The notes beneath the pieces are model-generated. The model was not told the DNA's origin. It did not search any database and was given only the letters and a program-made list of their open reading frames with translations. Below are positions 1 to 12,236 of a stretch of 64,000 nucleotides of DNA, one piece after another. This DNA comes from Microbotryum violaceum (Eukaryota). The stretch is taken from contig CDLV01000013.1 of assembly GCA_001244265.2 (NCBI GenBank), positions 806,001-870,000 of the forward strand. Direction: 5' to 3'. The number at the start of each line of letters is the position of its first letter. Position 1 is the first letter of the stretch. Made by a program: the position numbers and the translations under genes.

Positions 1-1966
1 GACCTCGGCCGGCGTTGAGCCGCAGAGTGTCCCAGATCCGATAGGCGGTCGAATAAGCACCTACGCGAGAATAAGCCCCCATGAGCGAGTTGAACAACGG
101 TGTATCGGGATCGAGGGAGCTATCGAGTTTGATCAGGGAGTGCAGGTGCGCGATCGTTGATGTGCTCGCCGAGGGGGCTCGAGAATAGTAGCTCAGCAAG
201 AGGGAGTAGGTCGCCGAATCGGCGGGGCAATTGCTATATCGCATGTCGGAGAGGAACTCGAGGATGATCTTGGGAGGGGCGGGATCGCTGTCCTCCGCTT
301 TCTCGAACTTGAGCGACGTGAAGGCCGAGAGAATCGTGTTGTAGCTCTGTAGGTCGTAGACGCTCGCATCGAGAGCTCGGATCTGATCGTAGGCCGTGAA
401 CGCTTCCTCGTACGAAGACGAAGCGCGCATCAACCCAATGATATGCCATGTCGCCAACGTGCCGTCCAACTTGATCCCTCGCTCGCGCATGTCCGCCACA
501 AGGGTGCGAGAGAAAGCGAGATCGGGATGGGCACGAGACGCACAGGCCCGGAGCAGGGTGATGTAGATCGAATAGTCCGGCCCCAGCTTGTACGACTTGG
601 ATGCTTGCGCCAGGTCTTCGTAGAGCGCCTTGGCCGATGCCAACGATTGGGACGACGGCTGAGACAGAAGCCCATCGATGAGAGGCTGCACGATACTAGA
701 GCTGATGGGTACGGAGCGATCGCGCATCTCCTGGTAAAGTCCCAGCGCCTGGTCGAGCCCACCCGACGAAGCTCGCAGGAGGCGGTGGATGAGCAAAGCC
801 CAAGACCTCCGATCGCCAACGGAGCCCGTGACGTCCTCGATGTGCTCGATGAGCTTGATCGCCGCTTCTACTGTGTCGACCTGCTTGGAGCCGTACTTGA
901 TCAAGGTGTTGAGCGTCCATGCGTCGGGGATGAACCCCTGATCGCGGTAACGATTCGTGGTCTGCACACCGGCCTCGACACCTTCACTGGCGCAGGTATA
1001 CGCTATGACGGCATTGACGGCGGCCACATCCCGCTCCCACGATGGCTTCCCGACCATCTCCTCGTCAATGATGCGCACCAACCGCCGATGAACGATCTTG
1101 GCGCTGGCCAATTCGCCCTTGTCGACGAAACCCGAGAGCAGCGCGGTCTCTGTCCATGCGTCGGCTTCGATCTCGGCCTCCTGCATCTCCTGTACGAGTT
1201 CCCTGACCTGTGCGATCTCGTCGGCCTCAAAGGCGGCGCTGATGGCGATGTTGTAGGTGTAGACGTCGGGTCGCTTGTCGAACTGGCGCATGCGCTCGAT
1301 CGTGGCCCGAACGCGGTCGAGCTGCTTGGCGCGGCGGAAGCCAGAGATGATGACGTTCCAGTCCTTGACGATGGGAGTGACCGAATACGTGTCGGGCATG
1401 CCCTCTATCCATTTGAGTGCGGCATCGGCCTTGCCGGCCTTGCACAAACCGCGCAAGAGTAGGTGGTGATCGACTCGGCCCGGTTGGATGCGGAGCGAGT
1501 GCAGGTCGGTGAACATGCGCATCAGCAGGTCGAGCCGGTCCGTCGACGCGACAAAGGCAAGCACGGATCTCAGTCGAGCATGGTCAAACACGGGTGGCGA
1601 GGCGGGTGTACCTCGTGTCGCCTCTCGGTTCGCGGCGAGCTGTTCCGTTTCGTCGCGCGCGGCCTTGGCGAACTTGGGGTACAGCTTGCCGATCAGATCC
1701 AGCCGTTCCTGTTGGCGGGCATCGTTGAGCTCACTCAGCAGCTTGCTCGCCGTGGGTGGTGGTGGCCGACGGTTGAAGAGGAACGTGGACCGTGAGGAGC
1801 TGCTGAATGATCGCTGCGACGACGAGGAGCGCGTGCTGGACGAGTTGGATCCGCTTGACGTCACGACGGCGGGGCGGGGAGGCCATGTCGAGCCAATACA
1901 CCGTGGGACATGGTTCCATGCTCCCAGAATCGTACGAGAGCTCCGAGGAGCCGAGGAAGCGAGCAT
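1..1966 (-). CDS. Pentatricopeptide-repeat (PPR) protein, probably mitochondrial; 3' part lies outside the window
   Basis: The minus-strand frame from ATG 1966 is the same frame read at base ~1 and is absent from the ORF track, presumably because it has no stop in the window. N-terminus is Ser/Arg-rich and acid-free (MLASSAPRSSRTILGAWNHVPRC...SQRSFSSSSRS), like a mitochondrial presequence. PPR-like units: HHLLLRGLCKAGKADAALKWIEGM, DWNVIISGFRRAKQLDRVRATIERM, PDVYTYNIAISAAF, LFNSLMGAYSRVGAYSTAYRIWDTL. Confidence 0.85.
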   Translation of the reverse strand, partial: MLASSAPRSSRTILGAWNHVPRCIGSTWPPRPAVVTSSGSNSSSTRSSSSQRSFSSSSRSTFLFNRRPPPPTASKLLSELNDARQQERLDLIGKLYPKFAKAARDETEQLAANREATRGTPASPPVFDHARLRSVLAFVASTDRLDLLMRMFTDLHSLRIQPGRVDHHLLLRGLCKAGKADAALKWIEGMPDTYSVTPIVKDWNVIISGFRRAKQLDRVRATIERMRQFDKRPDVYTYNIAISAAFEADEIAQVRELVQEMQEAEIEADAWTETALLSGFVDKGELASAKIVHRRLVRIIDEEMVGKPSWERDVAAVNAVIAYTCASEGVEAGVQTTNRYRDQGFIPDAWTLNTLIKYGSKQVDTVEAAIKLIEHIEDVTGSVGDRRSWALLIHRLLRASSGGLDQALGLYQEMRDRSVPISSSIVQPLIDGLLSQPSSQSLASAKALYEDLAQASKSYKLGPDYSIYITLLRACASRAHPDLAFSRTLVADMRERGIKLDGTLATWHIIGLMRASSSYEEAFTAYDQIRALDASVYDLQSYNTILSAFTSLKFEKAEDSDPAPPKIILEFLSDMRYSNCPADSATYSLLLSYYSRAPSASTSTIAHLHSLIKLDSSLDPDTPLFNSLMGAYSRVGAYSTAYRIWDTLRLNAGRG

Positions 1967-2273
1967 CGCGCAGATGGATGCGAGAGCGTAATCGTCAGTC
2001 GAGAGGCAGTCGAGAGCTCTCACAGCCAACATTAGCCAATAGCCCATTAGCCGACTCTCGCCAACCTATTAGGCCAACTCGAGGCAACTCGATCGCTCTC
2101 AGACTTGGGGCACTAACTCGGCGTCGATACCAAAACAACACTTCCGCGTGCAACCCCAGAAAATATGTCGTACATCATCGCAAGATTAAAATAGATGACC
2201 CGATCAGTGCGCAAAACCCCCACAATCTAAAATCACTACCTCTCCCTCTCCCCAAATCTCACGGCTTTCGGGC

Positions 2274-5200
2274 CTAGGCCCACGATATCCGCGCCATCGG
2301 CCCTTGCTGTTCCCCGACTCGCGTCAACGCACTCTTGTAGTCCTCTGAATGTCAGGCAGTAGGTTGATTCATGTTAGCACCGCCTCCACAGTTGCAGAGA
2401 GTTATGTGCTCGAACTGACCCATTTCGAACAGGTTCAGATGCCCGTCGCCGGCCGCACATCCGAGCATCATATGGTGCGGGTGGAACGCCACCGACGTCA
2501 TCGAGATGTTGCGTTGGTTCATGAACCCGACTGGGAGAATGTGGGGCGCGAGAGTCCTCAGTATCAGCATTGGTGATGAAGGGCCAGGGCGATGGAGCAC
2601 AGGTTCGCCAGAACACTCACATGAGTTGCCGAACTTTGAAATGGGTTCAGTCATGTCCTTCATGCTCCACAATTTGATCACATTGAACGCCGACGAGCTG
2701 TGCAAACCACACTACTCTTCATCAGAGATGGCCGTATCAAACAACGGAAGCGATACCGAGGCACCCACGTAGCAAAGACAGGGGCATGTTCATGCACCGC
2801 AAGCTGAGTCATCCCTCCGTGATGCGCCTGGACCCTCTTGATCGGTTCGGCTAACCGAATATCCCACAAGCACGCCTCACCTCCCAAACTGGTGAAAGCG
2901 CGTCGACGAATCAGCACCCAAGATATTTTCCGGTGCAGCAGCTCGCTTCGCGAAACTCACCTAGCGCTGACGAGCTCTCGATCGCCTCCTCGCTGCATGT
3001 GCACGTTCAACAACCAAGATTGATGATGCCCCTTGTAGCTGCGCACCATGTTGTCCCTCGCCGAAAGGCGTCGATCGTAGATCCTCATACCACCGTCTCC
3101 GAACCCAGCAGCCAGAATATTGCCTGCGACTTGGTCCCCCGTCAGACTCGTCAAACACGAATTTGCTCGAGTGGGCAGATCCTGCACGGCTTGTTCTTTC
3201 GTCGCGTCCCACACTCGAATCAGCTTGACGTTGCCACCCATCAGTAGCTGACCGCGACCTTGTTGCCATTCGAGGACGAGTCCAGCATCTTGCTGTGTCG
3301 TCGTGGTCGGGATCGTTTCTGCGATGCCCTGGAAGGACGAGACGAGCTCGACGTTGTCGGCCGAGGCGTAGTTGCGGAACAGTCGAACGTGACCGTCCGC
3401 TGCAATCGAAGAAACAGATGTGGTCAGCTCTTTTCATCCCTAAACCTTGAGCAATCGAAATATGCTCACCCGTCCCCGAAAGCAGCATCGCGACATCATC
3501 CTCGTTGACGAACTTGAGCGAGGTAATAGGTACCGATGCCGGGCTCCCGTTGGCGAAGCGATTGATGCGCAGGTTCTTCTCCCAGTCGTACACACTGCAG
3601 GACAGGCGCATCAGCACACCCGCTCAAATTTTTCTTTACATCCAATCCAACGCACGTAATTTGTCCTCGATCATCCGCAGCCAGTAGATGCGACTCGAAC
3701 TGATGGAACAAAATCCGTGTCGGAATTGTATCGTTGCTGTAGAACCCAATCTGCGAGTCCCATCGCGCACGCGAAGCAGCCGTCTTCATCGGTTGTGTCT
3801 TGAGGATCACGGCTTCGTTGCGTTGACGCCTCCACATCCTTTCGTTGTGTTGCACACTCCCAGGTTCTTCTGATTCGGTCGTCTGTCAGTGCGAGTCGGA
3901 GCGCTCAAGACATCAGCTCCCCATCGCCAAGGCTCCTGGTTCGACGAGCGCACTGACCTTCATCTGCGACTCCTTGTAATACTCCAGCGCATACTCATAC
4001 ACCAATCCCTTGAGCGGGAACACCTGATCCGGTTCACCCTCGCTCAGCGTCGGCGCGGCTCTTCGTCTACGCAACCTCTCCTCATCCGCGGCAACGAGCT
4101 CAATCATGATGCCTTCGATCGTCGCCGAGTCCGTCGTTGGGATCAAAGCTTTCTTCGATGAAGCTTTCCCACCCGCTCGCGATTGCAAGTAGCGTAATGA
4201 GTCCGTCGAAGCGGACGAATGTAAAGGCGAGGCACTACCCGTCGGAGAAGCGGCGACCGAACCTGATCCTCCTCCCGTCGATGCACTTCGCCCGTTCAAC
4301 CTCAGCGCCGAGGGTGGTGGTGGAGGCTGATTTGTCGTAGCTTGTTCGGTCAAAGTCGAGCTTGTCAAGTGCGCCAAGGACTTCATCGCCGTCGTCGTCG
4401 CTCGTTTCATCGTCCCTCCCAATCCAGGTGTGACGTGCCCATTCGATCGAGGGGTCATACTCGACGACCCTGGATCGGACGAGTGCAACTGATCTCGCAA
4501 GACGCTTCCCGCCGGAGGCGCCGGGTCGATGCTAGCTCTCAGTGCCGACGACGGAGCGGAGCGTAAAGCCAGTCGAGCTGATGGTCCCAACGGCGAAACA
4601 AAGACGAGGTCGATGATATGATCCATGACAGTCTGCGCCAATGCCGCGATATCGGGCTGAGGATCGGCGGTCAGATCAAAGATGGTCTTGTACATGCACG
4701 AGAACATCACGGCCCGGAACTTCGGCGACTTGGGACCCTCGATCAACGACTCGGCCGTGGCGTTGATGCTGGAAGCGATCGCCGAGGTCGGGTCTTCCCG
4801 AGCAGGTGGGGAAGTCGATGAAGCTCGTCCTATTGTCGATGAAGCATTGGCGGGACCGAGACCACCTATCGGAGGGCTGCTCGAGGCATTGGCAGCGTGG
4901 GCGGCTTTGGTCGCGCGTTCCATCAGGGCGCGATATGCGGCAATGATGAACTGGCCAGGATGTTCGTTCACGATCGAGGAGAGCAATGCGATCAATTCCC
5001 GTCGGACCAAAGGTGATCCGTCGGTCGAGCTCTTGAGCGTGGCCATCGCGACGCCCAATTCGATGTCATTCGCCTCCTCAGGTGATAGGCCACACGCCGG
5101 CCCCGTAGCAGCGATTGAACGCCCAAACTTCTTGTTCGGATCACTCGACCCCGTCGTCCCCAACAACGTCCCCAATGCGTACAGCACCGATGCTCTGACT

Positions 5201-7631
5201 TCCGGGATAGGATCGTTGTTCAACAAGCTGCAGAAGAGCTCGTGCACCCGAGTCCGTACCCCAAGGCCCTTGGCTTCCTCAAAGTCGTCCCAAATCTGAG
5301 CGATGCACAACGCCGCCCATTGTCGCAACAGGCCGTCCTGGTCGTGCAGATGCACAAGGCAAGCTTCAAACACGTTTGACTTGAGGCAGGCGACCTGCCC
5401 CGGCTTATGTCCGCGGCAGCAGACCGAGAGGATGAAGGCACACATGGCGCGATGCTCGGACACGTTCGAAACGGGCAATTGACTGTTCGTCGACGGGTGC
5501 AGAATGTTGACAAAGTAGGTGTAGGGCGATAGATCCGCGGTCCGTGTCGGAGGGTACGTCTGCTTCAGCAGATCCTCCTTACAGTTCTCGTAGACGGCCA
5601 ATATCCGCGCCCAGATGTAGATCAACACCGGCCGCAGCTCGCTCGCAGGCGCTTGCAGTAGTCGGAGGACATAGGCAAAGATGCCGATCGATAGTGCGAC
5701 GTTGACGGCCCAGGGGCCAAGATCGATGAAACGACAAAGCAAGATCAAGGCTCGCAGTCGGTGGGCCTGGGACAGCAGGACCTGCAGCACTACGGGTAGT
5801 TGCTCCGGATGCCGTCGTTTCGAGACGGCGCCTTGGTCGAGCCACACCTGGAAGGCGGTCAGTTGCTCAGAGAAAAAGTTCGAGTGCTCGTACGGCAGAA
5901 GAGGCCCTGGTGGTTGCGGCGGTGCTGCTTGATCGGGCATCATCAGCGGGTGAGGCGGGAGCGAGTCGAGCCACCGCTTTTCGTGGTCCAGAAGTTTGGG
6001 CAACTGGGCGAGGCACATGTCCACGGCTAGATCCCAACTGTCCCACAGCGGGTGGTTGTGCGTTTGAGGCAAGGCGGGGACCGAGATTGGCGTGCATTCG
6101 TAGAAGCGCATGATGCGCTCGGCGAGCAAGAAGCCTCGGAACAGCGCCGCAACGACCAGATCGTGCCGGAAAAGTTTCTGGAACAAATCCCTCGGCAGCG
6201 AGTTCCATGCAATCGTGTCGGTGACGGCGGTAAAAATCCAGTTGAGCTCGCCGAGCGGTGTCCGTCGATCGTTGACTTTACCCGGTACCTTGAGCAGCAT
6301 ATCGAGATCGAGTTGACCCATCTTGAGCGGATTTCTGAGCAAAAAGAAGCGCAGAGCAATCTCGATCGGGGAGGTGAGGCATGAGGTGAAGAGATCGGCG
6401 GGGAGGTCGGGGTTCATCGGCAAGGTCTCGTGGGCGAGGCAGGCGCCGAGCTGGATCGTGTCACGGAACGGCACGGTCGGGATCTGGGGTTTCGCCTCGG
6501 GTACTGGGAATGAGCCGTCTGCCGCTGGGGTCTGTGGATGCCCGTTAGCGGCTGCGACCGCTGCTGCGGCTTCCTTTGCGAGCTCGGCGTCGCGCTTGAT
6601 CGCAAATTCCTGGACTTTGGTGACGATGTTGCTGGCGGCGCTGCAGTCCCATACAAATATGGTCGGACTGCCCAGCCAGGCTACAATCTCGGACAAAGAA
6701 ACGGGGATGTACTGCGTGTACTGCTTGTTGAACAACCACAGCTCTCCGCTCGGGGTCGGCTTCGGCACGCCGTGGCCGTTGTAGTAGAAGAGCACGCGTT
6801 CGTTCTTGGCCGTCTTGCGCGCGGCGGTGCAGAACTTCTTCGCGTCCTCGATCGGCGGGTCGAGGTACTGCTTGTAGCGGGTTTTAGGTGTCGCGGCGAG
6901 GTTCTCGAATTGAGACTGCAGGTTCTTGCCGATCCGTTCCATCGCCTTGTCCTTGGCCAGGGCGTGCGGGTCAACCCAGCATTCGAGTTTGGCGCACGGG
7001 TCGGTCTTGATGACGTCGGGTGGGTCGTACCCGATACGTAGACAGACGACGAGGACGGCTGCTGCAGTGCGAATGCGGTCGCGGTTTCTCCAGTCGATCT
7101 TGTGGTCGGCCGGGTTCGACGACGGCGGTTTGGTCAATCCGGCTCGCTCGTGCCGTGTCTCGGTCCAATACAAGAAGTAGCTCTTTTCGAGTGCCTGCAC
7201 GGGGTATTCGGAAGGAGATATGTCAGCTGACATCACTACAAATGACGTGCGCTCACTTGACCCTGGACGCACGGTGAGGTACTCTTCGGACGAATAAGCC
7301 TCGGCGAAGCCATGCCTCATGATCTGCGGGAGACCAGGCGATGGCATGAGCTCGGATTCGCGCACGACGTGGCTAGATAAAGTTTGTGCAAGCTCACCGA
7401 ATCACTCGCCCCTTGCGCTTGACCTCTTTGGACGTGCGCATAGGACTGCAAGGGCCCATCGTCGTAGTCGGGATCACGATTGAGGCCGTCGTCGTCTTCG
7501 TCGTCCTGGGAATCATAGTCGTCGTCGTCGTCTTGATAGTCCTCGGCTTGACGATCCTGCGATGGTTCGTACTCGTCAGGAGGAGTTGCCGAGGTCGAGG
7601 CCTTTATGGGCGTCAATTGGAGAGGTGCCAT
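2274..7631 (-). CDS. KOG1: TORC1 subunit Raptor/Kog1 (Raptor N-terminal caspase-like domain, HEAT repeats, C-terminal WD40); multi-exon
   Basis: Motifs CLRIGYDPPDVIKTDPCAKLECWVDP, RVLFYYNGHGVPKPTPSGELW, PADLFTSCLTSPI, LGELNWIFTAVTDTIAW, EQLPVVLQVLLSQAHRLRAL; WD40 exons (IRVWDATKEQAVQDLPT, AGFGDGGMRIYDRR, AFHPHHMMLG). The last intron GTCAGT..GCTAAC..CAG gives terminal exon EDYKSALTRVGEQQGPMARISWA*, stop at 2274. Confidence 0.95.
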
Positions 7632-8653
7632 GGCGACCGAGTTTCAGCCGAGTCGACCGCAGTGCGATGTGGGAGGAGGGCGGAAAAGACGACACGGCTC
7701 CGGCACTCGATCTGTGCTGGATCAGGTATGCGTTTTAGTCGGGGGTCGGGGATACTGGCCAGTATGATTGGATTGTTCGTGCTTACATGGTAGCGCTAGA
7801 CGTGAGTGAGCGGTCGATATGGCTTCGTCGTGGGTCGTGACGCCCCTCTCGAGCCCGTGAGCAAGACCGCCGCCTGCAAGTTACCGCCTGCCACACGACT
7901 CGAAAGTTCGTCCGATTATTAGAAAGGGAGAGAGCTACTGCGTACTTGCGCACTGCGTACTGCGTGCGACTCGGCCTTGCTGGCGTCGGCCCCCCTGGAC
8001 TCGAAGCGGATGAGGCACGGAGCGTGATAGACGATGATAGACCCTGCTGGCGAACCACCAGCCGCGCAAACGACAGCGGGCCCGGGTCGTGTGGGGCGTC
8101 TCAGATCTCAGGGCGTCTCACACGGCGACGGCCGCCGGATCCGCCGGAGCTTGATACGCTGGGCCGAGCAAAATCTTGCGGCAGCAACTGCCGGAAGAGC
8201 AAGTCTTCACTCGTTCCGACACGAGAAGACCAAAATCGCTGTCCCCCAACTCGTGCAATGGCCAGGTTTGAACTTGCGAAAATTTATCGGCCTCGGCCTC
8301 GGCCATTCTGGCGGGCACTCATGACTATGTTCCTCCCATGTCTTCACCCCTGTTTCCCAGAAGAGGATTTTCCAGTCCGTCTATCCAAATATGAATGCCA
8401 CTGGGTCCGGTCATAACCTCCCAGCAGCCTGGCCCTGGTCGTAAAGATCGCGGCTCCGTCTGCAGTAAAGGTCTCCCCCATTAATAAAGATAAAGATTAA
8501 TCCATTATTTTTCCCCACGCGCCGCTCCTTCGCTGGCATTCCCCACATCCCCTCCCCTCTCGCCCCAACACGTGACCGTACCGCACGCATCTCACATCCT
8601 CGATATATTTCTCCGCCGTTTCGAGACCCCGAACTCTCGAGTACTTTGCAACG

Positions 8654-9429
8654 ATGGCCTCGTTCACCTCCTCGGATGCGGCCGGCAGTTCAACAACAAG
8701 GGCCTCCTCCGCCTCGTCGACACGGTTAACCGCAGCTCAGCAAGCGCTCAACACGTACAAACTCAAGGACCCAACAAAAGGTGCGGCCAGCCAAAGGTCC
8801 CCATTCGGCTTCAAACGGACCATCATCTCTTACCTCTTGCGCCTAGTACTGACCCCCTATCGGCTACCGCTACCCCCACCCCCGACCTAACCTACCGTCC
8901 TCACCCAATCGCAGTCGTCGTACGGTTCAAGGCAACAGGCAACGCGCCCATCATGAAACAAAACTTCTTCAAAATCTCCGCCTCGAATCGGTTCCAGACC
9001 GTCATCGCTTTCTTGAGGAAGGAGTTGGGGTGGAAAGCCAGTGATGCGTTGGTGAGCGCGAATGAAGGGGCTCGCGCTTGGATCCCGGCCATCAACGATC
9101 GATCACATGGTCGGCTGGGATAGCTGATCTAGTGGAATTCCCCTCTATGGAACAGTTCCTGTACATCAATTCGAGCTTCAGTCCAGCACCGGACGATACC
9201 GTCGCCAACCTGTTCAAAGTCCGTTCATCGTCGACAACACTGTCCCGTTTGTGTCTTCTCACTCAGAACGATGTCTTGGCTCTTACCCTTCGCAGTGTTT
9301 TGCCACGGATGGGCACTTGATCGTCAACTACAGGTCAGTCGGGCCTGTGCGTTCAGCTCCTGCCATTGCTTCTTCACTCGTCTCACCGTCCATGGGCTTT
9401 CCTACAGTTCAACAGCCGCTTGGGGATGA
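8654..9429 (+). CDS. ATG12: Ubiquitin-like autophagy protein Atg12; 5 exons
   Basis: Spliced reading ...KLKDPTK / VVVRFKATGNAPIMKQNFFKISASNRFQTVIAFLRKELGWKASDAL / FLYINSSFSPAPDDTVANLFK / CFATDGHLIVNYS / STAAWG*, with the hallmark C-terminal AWG; canonical GT-AG introns (last one 9334-9407). Confidence 0.95.
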
Positions 9430-9922
9430 TCGATAATCTCCGACCTCGGCTCTGTTTCTCGATTCGGAACGGACCATGTTTTCTACTTCGGACTCACACC
9501 TCGCATTCGTATCACTCGTGTACTCCTCGCATTGCAACTAGCTCATCACTCCCTTTCATCCTCCATTATCGTTGCTCTACCGAGAAGAGCTCGCTCCGCT
9601 ACCATCAGCTATTACACTCTCTCATGAAACGAGTCCCTCTCCAACAGTCAACCACCTTCAGCGCCAAAATTCATGAGACCATTCGATCAAGGTGCTCGGC
9701 ATGATGTAGACGTAAAATTTATGGTCGTAAAAGAGGTTGAAGCCGCGGCTCGATACAGGACGTGACAGGGACGTGAGGAAAGAAACCTTGCTGATTACAA
9801 CTTGCTACGGGGTGAAAACGCACGAACGAAAAGAATGGACACAGTCATTCCCTGTCGGTGGGCCAGAAAACAAAGTCCACAGAGAAAAGAAATGAACGAA
9901 ATAAACGAGGATGCTACAATCT

Positions 9923-12236
9923 CTATCGATCCCTCTTGGCACGTTCCAACAAGCCGAACGGGTTCTCGAACCCAATCCTAGATACGATCGGAGTAACCTT
10001 GGCATGGGGAACTTCATCTTGACTCTTCTCCACCTCTTCTCGTTTCCTCTTTAAAGTCGATCTCCTCGTAGGTTGTGTCTTGGTCGCTTCCACAGTTTTG
10101 GCAGGACGTTCCTGGGCCACGCCTGCGAAACCCTTCGTTCCTCGCCAGATTTGTCCGCCTCGCTTCTCGACCAACACGTCAACTTCGGCAGCTTCCGTTT
10201 CGGGTTTCTCGACCAATCGAACGAAAGCGGCACCGAGTTTGTCCACACTCGCTGATAAGGGCTGGATCACACCTGGTTGTGAGCCTGTTTGAGAAGTGGG
10301 GATACGTTTTCAAGTGTGAGCATCCGGGCCTGCCGATCGAAACGAGAAATGAGAACTTACAAATGAGGAAAACCAAAGGCGTATCGTTGAATCCAGCTTG
10401 TAGCGAGCTCCCCGGAGTCGTCCATGAATCCCTGACCAAAGCTTGCGGCGTAGGAATCGTCGAATCAGGGATGCAAGCCGGTGAAGGCCCACCACCGAAA
10501 CGGCCGAGGAGGACGTTGTTACCGATTACGGTCGCATTTTCATGGCCGGCGACGGCGATGGAGTACCCAAAGTAGCCGTCGTTCAAGGAAGTGAAGGTAT
10601 TGTAGCGGAACGTTCCAAAGTGGCCACGCGAAGCGGTTCGATTATCGGAGCCCCAGATCTGAGTCAGATAAAGATAGGGGTCGAGTCAGTTCCTGCGGTA
10701 CTTCGGCGTGGGCACGAGGGGTTAAAGGCTAGGAACTGACCATACCACCAATCGCCACCCCAACTTTCATCATCTGACCATTCGTGATCAGGTGGTTGTT
10801 CTCAACGACCGTTCCCGAGTAATTACCGGCGAAAGGTGCGTAATCGACGGCGTTGATGCCACCCAAAGCACGTCGAGTGACACTCTGGATCGTGTTGCCC
10901 GTGATCAAAGAGCCCGGTGCTCCAAAGATCACAATTCCACCATCCGTAGCATCCGTGACGACGTTGTTACGGACCATCGAACCCTTGCAAGCCAGCGAGA
11001 TCCCATCGGCCCATTGCCCCGGCGCGATCGTCGCGTCCACCGCTCGGCGGCGGAATTGAAGACCGGTATTGGGGGCGTTCCCGGAGGGGCCGATTTGGTT
11101 GTTCTCGATGAGCATGTTGCTGCAGACGAGATTGGTGCCTTCGATAGCGTGCACCACGGACCATCCGCGAGGCTCCGACGCCTTGACGTTTCGTACGATC
11201 TGAAGGAAGAGGGCGGGGTTAGAATCCAATGTTACCAGCTAGTGACTCCGTCAAGCTGTCCAAGCTCACCTGGCCATTGGTCATTCCACCGAGCTCCAAC
11301 AAGGCGAAACCGTTCGAGAGATAACCCAAAACATCGCGCTGTCCGAGTACTTGGATACTGGAAACGACGATGTTGGAACATTGATCGCACGCGCCGTAGA
11401 TGGCGCACGATTGCTGTGCGCCGGTAACGACCAATCTTGCTCGAGCATCGTCGGTAGGGTTGCCTGTTACGCCATATACTGTCAGTGCTCTACACTAAAC
11501 GCATACTGGATCAATCGGATTGGGCCCACCTGCGGTTGTCAGCACTTGTCCAGCCGCAGTGAAGAAGATCGTGTTGGTCAAGTTGATGGTCGCTCTCGGG
11601 CACAACGTCACCGTGGTATTGGCTCCACCATAGTGAAAGAGCTTGTTCTGATACAAAGCCCAGACAACTCATATCAGCCAATCCGTCAGATGACTCGCAA
11701 AAAAACTCAATACTTTTGCCGCCACTCACGATATCGACGTCAGTCACCCAAGACCCCAAGCACGTCGGCGTCCTCGAGACCTTGGTTGTCGCATCCATCT
11801 CGGACCCATCAATGATCGTATCATTACTAACGTTACCCGATAAAATCGCATCAAAGTCGACCACTTCGTCCAAAGCCCTCATACGAATCTTCTCCGCCGA
11901 TTCGGTCGCCCGCGCTTTCTTTTTCGCGATGTGGGACGCCATCGCCGCGGCGGCCATGGTATCGATCCTCGATTGGATCTCGCGATCTTCTTCATCTTGG
12001 TAGAACTGAGGCCCTAGAGACCTGGAGGGTGTTCCGGGAACGGATCTTGTGGCCGGTCGAGCAAGGATGCTACTGCGTCGAGCTGAGACACCACGTAAAG
12101 TAGGGAAGGCCTCGGCGCATGGGAGAGGAGCGGTCAGGAGCGCGGTTGCGACCAGCGCGACCGTGAGCTTCAAGACGCCACGGCTCGCGCGGCGCCCGGC
12201 GCGGTTCCGTTGTCGCTCCATGGTTGAACTGGACAT
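9923..12236 (-). CDS. Secreted right-handed beta-helix (pectin-lyase-like fold) protein; multi-exon
   Basis: Hydrophobic signal-like segment (VLKLTVALVATALLTAPLPCAEA); beta-helix-type repeats IENNQIGPSG, WADGISLACKGSMVRNNVVTDATDGGIVIFGAPGSLITGNTI, GTVVENNHL; exons joined by GT-AG introns. Start could instead be 12221. Confidence 0.75.

Noticed and set aside
443-1462. 339-aa plus-strand ORF
   Set aside because: Antisense shadow of the PPR gene; no recognisable motifs.
7946-8416. 156-aa ORF between KOG1 and ATG12
   Set aside because: Non-ATG start, no motifs, lies in probable promoter DNA.
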